DNA of 63,742 nucleotides, counting the filler, from Rhabdomonas costata (lineage: Eukaryota), in assembly GCA_019059605.1 (NCBI GenBank). It is 46 parts of 46 records of this genome, joined end to end, with 100 filler letters (N's around TTAATTAATTAA, not from the genome) between each part and the next. Parts side by side here need not be neighbours in the genome. Positions count along the whole stretch, not along the records: positions 1 to 1,289 come from JAHMHO010020547.1; positions 1,390 to 2,675 come from JAHMHO010020548.1; positions 2,776 to 4,063 come from JAHMHO010020549.1; positions 4,164 to 5,452 come from JAHMHO010020550.1; positions 5,553 to 6,840 come from JAHMHO010020551.1; positions 6,941 to 8,230 come from JAHMHO010020552.1; positions 8,331 to 9,620 come from JAHMHO010020553.1; positions 9,721 to 11,008 come from JAHMHO010020554.1; 38 more parts are not named here. One strand, given 5' to 3'. The position numbers and the translations under genes were made by a program. Below are positions 1-11,455 of this stretch, piece after piece (positions within the stretch are counted from its first letter, which is position 1; every line of letters begins with the position of its first letter). The notes under the pieces were generated by a model. The model was not told where the DNA came from. It was given only the letters and a program-made list of their open reading frames with translations, and did not search any database.

Positions 1-184
1 AGGGGGCACAGCTTCTGCAAATGACGGTGGGGGGTGAGATGCACGTGTGGCTCTGGGGGGGCTGCTCTGGACACAGGTGGTGTCGGGACTTAGGGCTCAC
101 ACCTTCTGGGTTTTTGGAGGGGTTCCGCTGGGCGGGTCTCGCCGCTTATGCATTTCCCCGATCTCCCAACCAAAGCGAATGATG

Positions 185-447
185 TGGAAGAGGCACACGA
201 CTGCACACACCCTGTCCTGTGTAGCTCTGCAGCGTTCCCACCCCTCACGCTCTGCAAACCCACCGCCCTCTGTACCTCTGCAAGGTCCTCCTGGTCTCCG
301 CTCGGCTCTGGCCTGCGGCTCTGCTGTTGTTCTTTTAGGGCATCTCTGTAACAACAAAAGGCAAAAAGCAACGAGAAAAATACTCTGGAAAACAAAGCGA
401 CCTGACAATTTTTGGATTTCTTCAATACCTAACGTAAAATTTGAAAT
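185..447 (-). repeat. Dispersed repeat shared with 23694-23930
   Basis: The minus strand (GAAATCCAAA..TTGTCAG.TCGCTT..TTCCAGAGT..TTTTTGCCTTT.GTTAC..AAAAGAAC.ACAGCAGAGCC..ACAGGACAGG) aligns by eye with the plus strand of contig 18. Confidence 0.8.
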
Positions 448-490
448 CCTAGACAAAAGAAGGGACCATAACCTTTTCAAACCGCCGCTG

Positions 491-998
491 TGTAACACAC
501 CACACTGCCCGTCTTCTCCGCCTGCATCCCCTGAGGCCTTGTCTGTAAAAATCATCTGAAATCTCGGCTTCCTCGTCACTTTTACCTGTGAAAACTCTGG
601 AAAAACACTGTGGATGCATTCTTCTTTCTCTGAAAAACCCAGAAAACATACCACCTGAATCGCTGCAGTCGGGTCGTGTGCACGCATTCCCATTCCATGC
701 GGCCCCCTTCCGTGGCCTGGCTCTCTGTCTCACCCGGGGTCTTCCCCCACTCTATCGGCCATCCGTCTCTCACCTGGCCCTACTCTGCTCTGCTCTCTTT
801 CGCCCAGCTGTGAATAGGTAGCCTGACCTAGCGTTTGGCCTGGGGCTGGTTCACGAGAGGCTGAGATCCGTCTCCGCTCACCTTGTCGGCTCTCTGGATA
901 CTCTATGAAACCTCTGGAAACTCGTCTCTGGAAACACCTTGGTGTCCCGGCTGTCTACCTCTGAAATGAGGAACACCTTGGTGACCTGGACCGTTACA
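491..998. mobile_element. Putative LTR of an LTR retrotransposon (508 bp)
   Basis: Begins TGTAAC (491) and ends GTTACA (998), giving TG..CA with a 6-bp terminal inverted repeat. TGG at 1002-1004 lies where a PBS would start. No TSD seen. Confidence 0.45.
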
Positions 999-1289
999 GA
1001 TTGGTTTACTCATTGAGCTACCGCTATTGGACGGCATTTGGCCTGCATTGAACGCGGTGGCAGCCTTGGCAAGGCGCTTCTCCAATGGGCACCGCCGGGT
1101 GCAATGGCACACACACTAAACGGTATAATTCAGACTAACTCCCCGAAAGCTTTTGGTTCCTTGTTTTTAAAAGGCAAGCGCAGGTAAGGGAACGCAACGG
1201 CAAAACACGAACAGCGGCAGACCGGAGCGGCAGAATAAAATAGAGAGAAGGTGAAAGAGACAAAGACAAAAGCACGCTGAACACACAAC

Positions 1290-1389
1290 NNNNNNNNNNN
1301 NNNNNNNNNNNNNNNNNNNNNNNNNNNNNNNNNTTAATTAATTAANNNNNNNNNNNNNNNNNNNNNNNNNNNNNNNNNNNNNNNNNNNN
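1290..1389. other. Artificial contig spacer (first of 45): N-run + TTAATTAATTAA + N-run
   Basis: The same 100-nt linker, with stops in all six frames, recurs about every 1.39 kb up to 62346-62445 and separates 46 contigs of near-identical length (a size-sorted concatenation). Confidence 0.99.
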
Positions 1390-4163
1390 GGGTGTGGGTA
1401 TGTTGGGGGCAGACTTACACTTGTTTTTTTGTTTGGCATCTCGGCTCTCGAGATGCCAGCTTAGGAGAAGTGAGGTGGTGAGGTGGCAGGAGGGATCCGG
1501 CCTGGGACGTGGGAGTGACCAGCAGGAATAATAACTGTCTTGGGGCAACCTTATGTCCCTTTGGGGGTGGGGTTGAGTACGGGCACTTGAAGTAATTTTT
1601 GGGCAGAAGAATAACCCCACCGTGGAGACGACCCCGGCAGGGGCTTAGGAGGCACACACGGGCGGGCACACGAGAGTAGTATAAGCAGCCAGTGAACAGA
1701 AGAAACTGTGTTGCAGGGCTGCCACTGAGGCACAGCTTGACAGACTCAACTCGCTCATCGTTGATCACATTTGAAAGTGGGAAGCGGAGAACTTTCGGGG
1801 GCAGCGGAGAAAAATGGGGGAAAGCGCACCTGTGCGCATGTCGCGTGAGACAGGTTTGGGAGAGGGTGTGAAGGTGTGAAGGCCGGATATCGAATGCGCA
1901 GGTCACCTGCTGCATCCGTCGGGCTAGCAAACAACTGTGTGTGCCGATGCAAGAAGGCGAAAAGGGGGGAGGAGAGGCAGCGTGACGTCGACGCCTTGAC
2001 AAAACGGGCGGAAAGGCTGGCGGTGCACAAACGGTTAAAAAAAAAGAGGCGGCAACACCAGCTTAGCCCCAAGCAGCAATCATCCCGAGGGGCAACACAA
2101 AACGAGGTTAGGGGGGGGGACGAGCGCCCTAAGGCTTGGCTTTGGTCGGCTGCTTCCGCATCAGCTTCCTGACTTTGGCCCATCCACGGGAGAGCAGGGA
2201 GGCCTTCCTCGGCATATCAGTGGGGTCCGTTCTCCTGAAGGGACGCACCGCAAAGGGGAGAAGCTGCCGCTCAGGCCCTGGGAATGGATGCGGCAAAGGA
2301 AACCGATCTCGAAGGCTGTGGATTCTACTTGACTGGAGTATTCAAGCGTCAAGGATGTTGCGAGCACATCACTGAGGCAATAGTGGCATGCACTCGGGCG
2401 GTGGCCTTTTTTTCGCCAAGCTGTTCTATTCTCCATATCTTCACCCAGTGAGATGAAAGTGAAACCTAAAAAGCACTGGGACGCTGGCTCTTCAAAAAAA
2501 ATATTCGCGCCATCCCCGGGTTTCAGGCTTTTCAGATATGCATATGCAAATGCAAAATGTCCACCCCCAGGGTACCAGTGACGAAGACCGAGACACTCAA
2601 GAAGGGAAAGTGCAGGTGGTAAGGTGCGGCAATGCGGAGCTGAAGCGGCTGGAGAAGCTGGTAAACGACCACACANNNNNNNNNNNNNNNNNNNNNNNNN
2701 NNNNNNNNNNNNNNNNNNNTTAATTAATTAANNNNNNNNNNNNNNNNNNNNNNNNNNNNNNNNNNNNNNNNNNNNGTGGGTTGGTCTAAGAGTTCTTTTT
2801 TCATGGCTGCGCTGTGCTTTTCTGGCTGTGCTTTGGTGCACGACTCCGGTTGTGCGGGAATGTCACTGGGTTTGCTTTTTTTGCAGGTCTGCTTTCTGCC
2901 CCTTTGAGGTGTACCGCTACTCTCAGTGCATGCTGGCCTCCAATGACGACACCGTGCTATGTGCGGAGTACGAGGAGGTTGTATGTTCCTCCATGTGGGG
3001 CGTGTGAGTCGATTTTTCCCTGTGGACGAATTCACAGACTCCTCGATTTAGACGAGAGCTTCCGAGTGCTACGTCAATCAACTAGTTGAAATCGGACGGC
3101 ACGAAACGCTGGAACAATATTCGAACTATGTTTTATTTCGGGGAAGGGAGAGTTGCCTCATGATGACTCTGTTGCCCCCCCTCCAAAAAAAGAAACGCGC
3201 TTAATCGGAGGTACCAACTGTTTTTTGGGCAGCAGGGGGGTTGTCGTCATGACCTTCCATGTGTTTGTTGCAGAAGTACACAGAGTGTGTTCAGCGGTAC
3301 TTGGGCATTCTTCCCGCGAAGAGGTTTGTCGTTGCACTTTTTAGAGTGGTAGGTACTGTCAAGTTTTCACACCCAATCGCGCGTGGAAGCCCTTTAGCCC
3401 CCATTTGAGCAGCTTTCAAACTCCAATACCATGGATGACTCTTCCATGGGAGACCAACAAACCATCACACCCATGATGGTTTTGGTGGTGGCCGTTTGTG
3501 TTTGTGTGTATATGGGGGTTGGTTTCGGTGTTGCAAGTGTATCATGCTTTCGTTCATTTTTTCAGGCCGCGGGCGTAATCACAGCACTGCTGGACGGACA
3601 TTGCGCGTCAGTGCGAAGTGGCACATGCCACTTCGGCGTCAGTTTGCAGTATCCGGCGTTCTTTTCGCACAGGGAGAATAGTACTAACTGCAGCTTGTTA
3701 TTGCATTTTGAGACCAACCGTTGTTGTACACGAAGTTCAGTGCAAGGTGCACTTTGATATCTCACACAGCATTATGCACGCAGGGGACGATGATTTTGAT
3801 ATGAAAGGCAATGTTTTTGGATGAGGACCAAGCTCAGCGACCCTGAGCCAGAGCAGGTTGTTCCCACCTACGTCGGCGGCCACCGTCCCCGTACAGCAGT
3901 GCTGGTTACCAACCATCCTAAATATGTGCAAGACGATGGCTGCGGGGACTTTCCCCAGGCAGTCTGGAATCATTCGTTCCACCGCGTTGATGCTGTGTGA
4001 GATATCAAAGTGCACCTTGCACTGAACTTCGTGTACAACAACGGTTGGTCTCAAAACCCAACANNNNNNNNNNNNNNNNNNNNNNNNNNNNNNNNNNNNN
4101 NNNNNNNTTAATTAATTAANNNNNNNNNNNNNNNNNNNNNNNNNNNNNNNNNNNNNNNNNNNN

Positions 4164-5139
4164 GTGGTGTTGTGCCCAGCTCCAGCAGCGCGGGCCTACC
4201 CACGTCCACCGTGAGGTGGGACTCCGTGGACCATACCGCGGCCGGTCGAGCGAAGCGGGAGGCTTTGGGGGTGGCAGGAAGGGTGAAGGTGAAGACGACG
4301 GTGTAGGAGGTGGCCAGCCGGCTGCTGAGGCCCAGGGTGCAGAAGCGGGCGGTGCCGTTGGGGAGCACTTTGGCGGTGGTGACACCGGTGAGGGTGGTGG
4401 TGATGTTGGGGGCAGTCACAAGACTGGCCGTCACCACAGCACTGTAAAGGAGAGGAGCACGAGTTATACCAAAAAGCTGCACTGCCCTTTCCCTAGTCAG
4501 GATAAGCATCATCCCCACAATGCAATCGTTGAAAATCATTAAAAGGAGGCGTGTCTGTATCCTGATGTGCACTCGTGCCGTGGGCCCAGTTTAGTGCAAC
4601 CCCCCCCCTTGGAAGGCCCCAGGCAACATACCCGTCCAACATGGCATCCCCGAAGATTGTAGGGTGGCCCATCTCGTCGTAGAATGTGATCACCACCTCG
4701 GGAAGCAAAGGAGAATCCGCGGTGGTCTGCAGGTCCACCGGTCCAACCCCCAGAGTGGTGGGCCGCCCCACCACCGCATACGGCACCAGGTTGGCAGTAC
4801 CACATCCCGTCCAGGCTGAGCTCCAGGTAGGAGGGGTTCAGCGATGGCTCGGCCAGCGCACCGAACATACACACCGCAGAGCGGGAGGTCAGCACAAGGG
4901 CCTCCCCGTAGAACACCCGGGCCAGGTCCAGGTCGGCGATGCGGCACCGCGCGAAGGCCCCGGAGTTCACGAACCCAAACCCACTGACGGTGACGTTGGT
5001 GGGCCGCAGGATGGGCTGCGCGGTGGGGTACACTGACTCCACGGCAGGTGAGGGCACGAACTGCAGCAGCACTCCGCTGGCGGTGAAGAAACCGGAGGAG
5101 ATCGAGACCTCCAGGGGCACAGTCTGGCACCGCACGGGC
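4164..5139 (-). CDS. Fragment of a large surface protein with IPT/TIG and Ig-like repeats (2 exons, one frameshift)
   Basis: Exons 5139-4632 and 4441-4164 flank a GT-AG intron at 4631-4442. IPT/TIG pattern PAVESVYP..NVTVSGFGF..C..C..YLELSLDG, then an Ig-like module. The frame changes near 4795-4800. Confidence 0.75.
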
Positions 5140-8100
5140 CTGCAAAAAGCGGAAGGGGGCAAGGAATAAGCATGGGCCCAAACTTTGGCAAGGCGGCCAT
5201 TCGCACCTCATTTCAAAGAGGGTTCCCCGAGCTGCAGTTTTTTTCAGGACTAACTGCAACCCCTTGCCCCCTCCCCCCAGAAAGCCTCAACCAGAGTGGT
5301 GTGATAATGAGGGTACAGCAGTGGAGTTAGTCCCCCACGTAGCCCTTTTCTTCAGTCATAGGACATCTATTCCTCGTGGACTTCTATATGACCTGCAGGA
5401 CCCTTTTCAGGCCCTGGCCCTGGCCAGGGGTGGATCGCTTGACCAACCCAACNNNNNNNNNNNNNNNNNNNNNNNNNNNNNNNNNNNNNNNNNNNNTTAA
5501 TTAATTAANNNNNNNNNNNNNNNNNNNNNNNNNNNNNNNNNNNNNNNNNNNNTTGTTTTGGGACCACACATTGTGGGCGGAGGGCTTTGGTGTGAGCAAG
5601 GAAGGGCATATTTCCTCCTGCAGCATTGAGGGTGTGTGCGCCAAGAGAAGGCTTTCATGGGGTTTCGTGAGAGGAATTACGACAGAAATCCATCTTGGTG
5701 GAAGTGCACCGTGTTTTCTTCCCGTCCTTTCCTGGGCTAACCTCTCTGAGAAGGACTTGTCTGCTTCGGAGCAAATTACGGGTCGTGCAGCCCTCACAAA
5801 CAGTCCGGTAGATGGGATTGAGGGGCGTTTCCTCTGACACTTCAAAGATGCGCTGTGGAAGCAGCCGAAACACTGCGCGCTCTGCAGCAATTATGAATGG
5901 GTGTACCTTTTGCGTCCAAGTCCAATACGCCCCCTGTGCACCCCCCCGTGCGATTCTTGCCGCACTTCGGTGGCTCGACTTCTGCCTCTCTCCCTTTTTA
6001 CCACCTGCTCACTTTCGTGGCATCCAGGAAGTGAGCTCTGCTCTCTTCGCTCCTTCTCTTCCTCCTTCTCCTCCTCCTTCTCCAACTCTCACATACCTTT
6101 CGCAATGCTTCAGTTCTTTGTATTCTAAATTTTGATGGGCCGTCACATTGCGATCACGTCTCCTTCTGTCTTTCGCGCACCTCCCGCTCATCTTCCCTCT
6201 CAAACACACGCTCTCACTTCGTTATCTTCTGACTTCATCTTTTATTGCTCCATCTTTGGGGGGTTGAGTGGGTTGAGCCAGTGAACGCCATCGCATTACC
6301 GCGTTTGCTGCCTTCTCTCTTCAGTTGGGTGATTGCTGTGGAAATTTTCTGCTCTTCTGAACCCTGCATCGTAGCATCTCAACGAAATTCCCAGAATGTA
6401 TCAAATCAATAACCGGTCTGTTCATTCGGATTGGAAGAGGAGCCTTGCTTCGGTTTTATTGTTGAACTCAGAAACCCGTGTGCTTTGGGCTATGCCAAAT
6501 TCTCTTCCAGAGTAGCACGTTGAAGCCTTTGAAAATTCTGTGGTTTCCCCACGTTTGCCATGACGCGTGAACTGGCGCCAATGGGCTACACTCAATGCGA
6601 AGAACATTGGGTTTTCCCTTACTAAACAGGCCCAGGAAGAAGACGAAACAATCCCACACGACATGATGCAGCAGAGCAGAGAAAGGAAGGGATCGGCCGA
6701 GGGAGGAAGGTTTCTACGCCACTCGAGCTCAAACAGAGAAAACATAGCAATTCTGCAAAGAGGGCGACGCTACCTAACCCCCGGAAGTCAATACACCTTG
6801 CATCGATTCTAACCCCTATCCCCCAAAGTCACCCAACACANNNNNNNNNNNNNNNNNNNNNNNNNNNNNNNNNNNNNNNNNNNNTTAATTAATTAANNNN
6901 NNNNNNNNNNNNNNNNNNNNNNNNNNNNNNNNNNNNNNNNGTGGTGGGGGTGCACCCTTAGCCCATCTCTGTCTCTGGCACCGCAGGTAGGGGTGGTCTT
7001 CGGGTTTCTGGATTCGGGGTTCGGTATTTGGTATTCTTGGTGGTATTCGTGTCTGCGAGTTGAGGGTGCATTGGGTATCGGAGTTGGTGGTTGGGCTTTT
7101 GGTCTCGGTCTCGGGTTCCTCTTCTCTCTTCGGAGGGCGGTTTGTGCGTTGGCGGTGCTGGTTGGGATCGTGTTGTGGGATGTACTTCGGGGCAGCTTCT
7201 CTGGGTGTCGGTTCCTCGGTTGGTGGTGCGGGTGAGTTCTAGGCCTTCTGTGGTATGTGTCTGCGAGTCGGGGGTGTCAGGGAGTCGGTGCATGCGTTTG
7301 TGGTGTGGGTTAGTTTGTGGATGCTGTCTCTTGGCTTGTGGTGTGCTTCTGTGGTGCTTGCGTGGGTTTCGTTGGTGGGTGCTGGTTCTTTGCGTCTTTG
7401 CGTCTTCGTGCCTTCGGTCCTTCTGCATAGGTGGTATTCGGCATTCTTGGTGTGGGGTTGGGTTTCTAGGTCTTGGGTTCGGTTTCTGCGTTGGCGGTGT
7501 GGGTATGAGTTCGTGGCGTAGGGGTGGGTGGGTTACAGTGCTTTGTCTGTGCTTCGTGTCTCCGAGTCGAGGGTGTCATGGGTTCGCGGGTATGCCTTGG
7601 GTTTACGGTTCGGTGAGTCGAGTATTCGGTGTCGGGGTTGCTTCTCTTGAGGTGTACATGGGCGGTGCTTTGGGGGCTAGGATTCGATGTTGGGTTTGGT
7701 TGCCGGTCCCACCGGTCGTACAGCAGTGGGTATCCCTGGGTTCGGGCCTTCCTTGTGGTGATGCTTTCTGGTTCCAAGAGGTTTCGTGGTGCTCTGGGTG
7801 CGGGCCTTCATGCGTACGATGGTTTCTTCTGGTGGTCATAGGGGTTCGTTGTAGGTGTTAGGCATGGGTTTTACACAGCCTTGGTTCTGTTTGCGTTTGG
7901 CCTTCTGTCTTAGGGTTCCTGTGTATGTTCTTCTTCTGTAGGTATTGGTGCTTCTGCTGTAGGTGTTGGAGTAGGGCTAATCGGCATTCTGTGTGGTGGT
8001 AGGGCTGGTGCTTGGTGGTGGTTGGGGCTACGTGTACTATGGTGTCAGTGCTGGGCTAATCGGGTTCTGTCTGGTGGTGTGGGTAGGGTGTGTTGTTGGC

Positions 8101-8453
8101 TTAGGGTTGGTTTGTGTTGCTTGGGGTGTGTGCTGGGCTAATCTTGGGGCTAGTGTGGTGGGTTCCGGTTCCTTACGCGCGTGTATTATTATTATTATAG
8201 TATGGTATGGTGTCGTGTAGTGTAGTGTAGNNNNNNNNNNNNNNNNNNNNNNNNNNNNNNNNNNNNNNNNNNNNTTAATTAATTAANNNNNNNNNNNNNN
8301 NNNNNNNNNNNNNNNNNNNNNNNNNNNNNNTGTGTTGCGTGTCTTTGGGGGTGGGTGGCACGTTCAGGCGATGGAGCTGTAGTCCCCGCGCGCAGGCTTC
8401 TGAGCGGCCTCCTTCGCCTGAACGTGCCACCCCATCCCACCTCACGCCTGCAG

Positions 8454-8728
8454 ACCTGGTTCGGGCACGTCTACGACGTGAAGTACTTGATTAAGAACTG
8501 CCCCACCTTGAACCACCGCACGGGCCTGAACCAGCTTGCAGAAATTCAACGGCATCTCTCCGAAGAAAGTCGGAATGTACACCCCTCTGCTGAAGATGAG
8601 AGCACAGTTTTGGGGTCCCCTCGCAAGCGAAGGCAACGCCGCAGTCGAACGTGCTATGAAGGCATTGTGCAGCGTCCTGGTGGAACCCCGTACCACCAAG
8701 CCGCTTCAGCTGAGCAACGACCGCAAAG
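8454..8728 (+). CDS. CAF1: CAF1/POP2 (CNOT7/8) deadenylase exon
   Basis: After acceptor CTGCAG, TWFGHVYDVKYLIKNCPTLNHRTGLNQLAE matches CAF1 FFPxIYDVKYLMKSCxxLxGGLxxVAE. Similarity is clear only to 8543; the frame stays open to a GT donor at 8729. Confidence 0.75.
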
Positions 8729-10664
8729 GTGACTGGTACACCTTGCCTTTCACATAACGTCATCAGCAAGAAACTGGCGAATGTTCGTAGAGCGACACTT
8801 ACTCAAGCAAAGCGTATCCGGTTGCCGACAATATCCCTTTGAATTATGCTTCTGGTGGCACCAGTGCAACGAACCAGAGCTCGAATGCTGAACTTTGGGT
8901 TTTGAACCCTTTGAACCGATCTGAGCCGGGCCGACGGTGAGGAGCACTGGCAACGTTTCCACGTTCCTCACCCAAAGTGGAATAGCACGGCGTTCGGGCG
9001 CTGTCCTACGCCGTTGCTCCCATCGAAGCGCACGCTGTGCGCCAACGATGCTGCCCTCACGAAAGAACGGGCTCACCACAGCGGCATCGGGTTTTGACGT
9101 GTTTCTGAATTTGCACATGTGAATGCGGGGAAATTGTTTCGGTCTGTTCGACGAACTACTCACTACGCACCAGTCACAATGACGCAAAACAATGCGGGAT
9201 GAAAGATTCAGTGGGGTGCGATGTGTGACGGGTGTGACGTGGGCGGTGGGGAAGTTGGGTCAAACAAAAACCAGGGAGAGCCGGTCTGAGGGCACTAATG
9301 CACAAATAGGGGCCTCCGTAGCAGGAAAAAGCGCTGCATTGCTCCCCTCTTTCCTCGCAAGCGACATATCTCAAACTTTTGGAGCGCAGTCTATCTGTAG
9401 CGCTATCTCGGAGGCACCCTCCCACCAGTCAGATCCGAAATGAAGCTCCAGCATTCTCAGGTTGGGGCACTTGCAGACTTGCACCAAGCTTCGTCTCGTG
9501 GCTGGGCAAAAGCTTCAGTTGTGAAGAGACAGCTCCGTGAATGTTGAGCACAAAGGAAGGACCCTCTCCAGAGTTCGTAATGCGATTCCATCACCACACC
9601 AAACCACACACACCCAACACNNNNNNNNNNNNNNNNNNNNNNNNNNNNNNNNNNNNNNNNNNNNTTAATTAATTAANNNNNNNNNNNNNNNNNNNNNNNN
9701 NNNNNNNNNNNNNNNNNNNNGTGAGAAACGGGAAACTAGAAAGAAAAAGGGCAAAAATTAAATCGGCATAGATGCGATGCTATTGCTGAGCAGGCAAACC
9801 CAACGCAGCAGCTATAATCGGGCGTAGGGGTAGAGGTCGAATCAGGAGAGGAGGAAAGGTATCCGATGGAGAAAAGGGGAGGGGCACCGTTAGGGGAAGG
9901 GGTGAGAAACGTGTAGGAAACCGAACCCCCGTGAACTATTTTAATTCTGCAGTCTGAACCTCATCATGAACCCCATTGAACACACACACATTCCTTCGCA
10001 TGGCATCATTTATAGCATTGAATTTAATGTCCTTTTCAGTCTCCAGTTTTAGGGGCATTTCACTTCCTCTCATGCTTCCCTTATCGCCCTTCTCCCATTT
10101 AAAACGAGACAAGTTATTTTTGGCTACTCCCAAAACTAGGTCTCACTGCGCTTGGTTGCTTCAACAGGTGACAATTTTCTCTGGCGTATTCGAGAGGAGA
10201 GTGCTCTTTTTGGCTTTCAGGTTAGTAATTTCTGCCTTATTTGTGAATTCTGAGGCATGGGCCGTTCAGGCTTGAGGAGGGTTCCCCGCACCCAGCTGTT
10301 CGGATCTTGCGGACCGAGATTCCGTGAGGATGGAAGTGTGCACGCGACGCAACACAGGAGCCGACCCCTCCGCAATGCCCGGACTGATGTCGTGAGATTG
10401 CCATCCGCCCATATCAGTATTATCACAGCAGCGAATCTCCTCTCAGGGGTCGATGCCGCATTCCCAAGCATGACGGACACGTGGAAGAGGTTCTGCAATA
10501 CCAGCAACCTGGGAAGTTAACGTCTCTCAGGTAAAAAAAACGAGCGCAATCGCCGCGCTCGGCAAGTCGTTTGATGACTCATTCTCCCCACCACAGCCCA
10601 TCCATTGCTACCGACGTCCCGTGAGTTGCGGTCTGCCAGGTTTGTGGGGCTCTTGTACTTTTTG

Positions 10665-10921
10665 GGGGCGGGGGGGTTTCACGTTTAGAACCGCTAAACG
10701 GACACAGATTTCCGAACCCTGCTCAATCAAAATATGTTATGTCGAGGGGTCAGAAAAACAGTATACTTAACCCCATTTCGCTAAAATAAATGTATTTAGA
10801 GATAGTTGACACAGTTTACCTAACCCCTGTGTCCTAAAAATAGCATCCCAAAAAATGTGTCTGATTCAGCCGTTTAGCACCGCTAACGGGTGGCAGTGCT
10901 AAACGGAGCATCGCCCACCCC
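10665..10921. mobile_element. MITE-like element, about 257 bp
   Basis: Imperfect ~30-bp TIRs (GGGGCGGGGGGGTTTCACGTTTAGAACCGC vs rc GGGGTGGGCGATGCTCCGTTTAGCACTGC), repeated subterminal GCTAAACGG/CCGTTTAGC, and an AT-rich core. No TSD identified. Confidence 0.6.
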
Positions 10922-11137
10922 ATGGAACATCCCAACCCATCCGCCCGCTCCGGCCGTGCCGCGGACTGGCCTCCGCGGCGCTGGCCTTCGCACCCAAACA
11001 AACCAAAGNNNNNNNNNNNNNNNNNNNNNNNNNNNNNNNNNNNNNNNNNNNNTTAATTAATTAANNNNNNNNNNNNNNNNNNNNNNNNNNNNNNNNNNNN
11101 NNNNNNNNGGGGGGGGTGGGTCACTCCCTCCTTTCAG

Positions 11138-11455
11138 GGTCTAAGCATGGTTCTGGTGGCCTGCTGGTTTGGCGGCGACCTCTTCAAGGCGGGATACTTC
11201 GTCGCCACCGCGGCGCCCTTCCAATTCCTGGGCTGTGCTGCGGCCCAGCTGGCGGTGGATGCCGCGATCGCGGCGCAGCTGTACATGTACGCCGGCAACC
11301 CCCCACTGCCGGGCAGCTCCAGCTCTGTGCCCATGGCCGTGCTTGGCCCCGGTGGGTCCCATGCCCACCATTACTCCAGCATTGTGTCTGCAAAGGGGGG
11401 CACCTCGCCAACGGCTGGCCATCTGCTGGGGTCCTTTGTCAAGGAAGCGTCTTAG
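11138..11455 (+). CDS. SLC66A2: PQ-loop protein SLC66A2/PQLC1-like, terminal exon
   Basis: After acceptor CTTTCAG, GLSMVLVACWFGGDLFKAGYFVATAAPFQFLGCAAAQLAVDAAIAAQ matches the PQLC1 C-terminus (GMS..MV.MW..GD.FK..YF....AP.QF..C..LQ..VD..I..Q). Ends at TAG. Confidence 0.85.
   Translation, partial: GLSMVLVACWFGGDLFKAGYFVATAAPFQFLGCAAAQLAVDAAIAAQLYMYAGNPPLPGSSSSVPMAVLGPGGSHAHHYSSIVSAKGGTSPTAGHLLGSFVKEAS

Noticed and set aside
3705..4056. Near-perfect long inverted repeats at contig ends (also ~13891-14049, 23608-23810, 27548-27657, 31716-31826, 31941-32125, 36101-36320, 40047-40153, 52737-52945)
   Set aside because: One arm always abuts a contig end next to primer-like sequence: classic amplification fold-back chimeras, not TIRs or hairpin telomeres.
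7091..7861. 256-aa V/G/C/W-rich ORF and its antisense T/P/H/R-rich ORFs
   Set aside because: A by-product of A-poor composition (few stops); no domain signal.
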